Source: a virus
IMG/VR virus record: IMGVR_UViG_3300025413_001414
Location: 14,699 to 78,698 of that record
Reading direction: 5' to 3' (one strand)
Length of the DNA stretch: 64,000 nucleotides
Below, in pieces: positions 63,574 to 64,000 of this stretch; the stretch's first letter is position 1; each line of letters begins with the position of its first letter. Position numbers and translations under genes: made by a program. The notes under the pieces are model-generated. The model was not told where the DNA came from, ran no database searches, and worked only from the letters and a program-made list of their open reading frames with translations.

Positions 63574-63899
63574 TTAGGTTTTTTGTAGCTTACAATTTTT
63601 GAAATGCCTGGAATATCATCAACCAATGCCACAATCCTCTGATATTGTAATCTCCATTGCAAGGCATTGGAAATAGTGAGGTAACCTTGTTCTGGTGGTG
63701 TTTGTAAAATTTGTTCAGCTAATTTGGATAGTGTTATTTCTAATGTATCAATTATATCATTTACACCACCGTGATAATTTTCAACAATAATACCTTGTAA
63801 CCCTTCTTCTTCATAGATTTTAATTTCTTCTATTGCTCTTTCTACCGGAACGACACTTGCTAAGTGTATCATCCCGAATATTGATTTATTAAATTTCAT
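63570..63899 (-). pseudogene. Chimeric ORF: BtpA N-terminus fused to a probable restriction endonuclease C-terminus
   Basis: GMIHL...GIIVENY (BtpA) then GYLTISNALQWRLQY; junction ~63730-63742. Confidence 0.7.
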
Positions 63900-64000
63900 T
63901 TGTAATTTCTTTTATTTTAATATCTCTCATTTTTGATTTATAATCAAGTATATAATCCCGTAAATTTTTACTCAAACTATGTTCAGTATCATATATACCA
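63889..64000 (-). CDS. 3' end of a hypothetical protein with C-terminal RDIKIKEI tag
   Basis: ...ILDYKSKMRDIKIKEITNEI*. Confidence 0.45.
   Translation of the reverse strand, partial: GIYDTEHSLSKNLRDYILDYKSKMRDIKIKEITNEI

Overview
Very AT-rich, gene-dense 64-kb segment of a large (jumbo/huge) T4-like dsDNA phage using the standard genetic code. The host is probably a Bacteroidota species: TAnnTTTG host-type promoters recur on the - strand, there is an Hc1-like protein, and a Bacteroidota-like DNA insert sits near the end. A second motif, (T)AATATATA, precedes many other genes and looks like a phage late promoter. Recognisable genes include type II topoisomerase subunits (the B subunit fractured by a split intein), RNase H/5'-3' exonuclease, NusG, UvsE, four DNA methyltransferases, CCA-adding enzyme, 2H phosphoesterase, 5'-nucleotidase, MoxR AAA plus VWA metallopeptidase, glycosyl/methyltransferases, IscA, beta-carbonic anhydrase, rhomboid and many homing endonucleases or their remnants. 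The features missed by the ORF track are the most interesting. These are a minimised ~220-nt RNase P RNA, a ~195-nt unassigned structured RNA, a promoter-to-terminator small RNA built from a repeated covarying hairpin, and a probable -1 frameshift. Two short peptide tags are also shared across unrelated proteins: an N-terminal T4 capsid-targeting-like tag, and a C-terminal R-x-x-K-I-x-x-I-L tag on about 16 proteins. All calls come from reading motifs by eye; no database searches were run.
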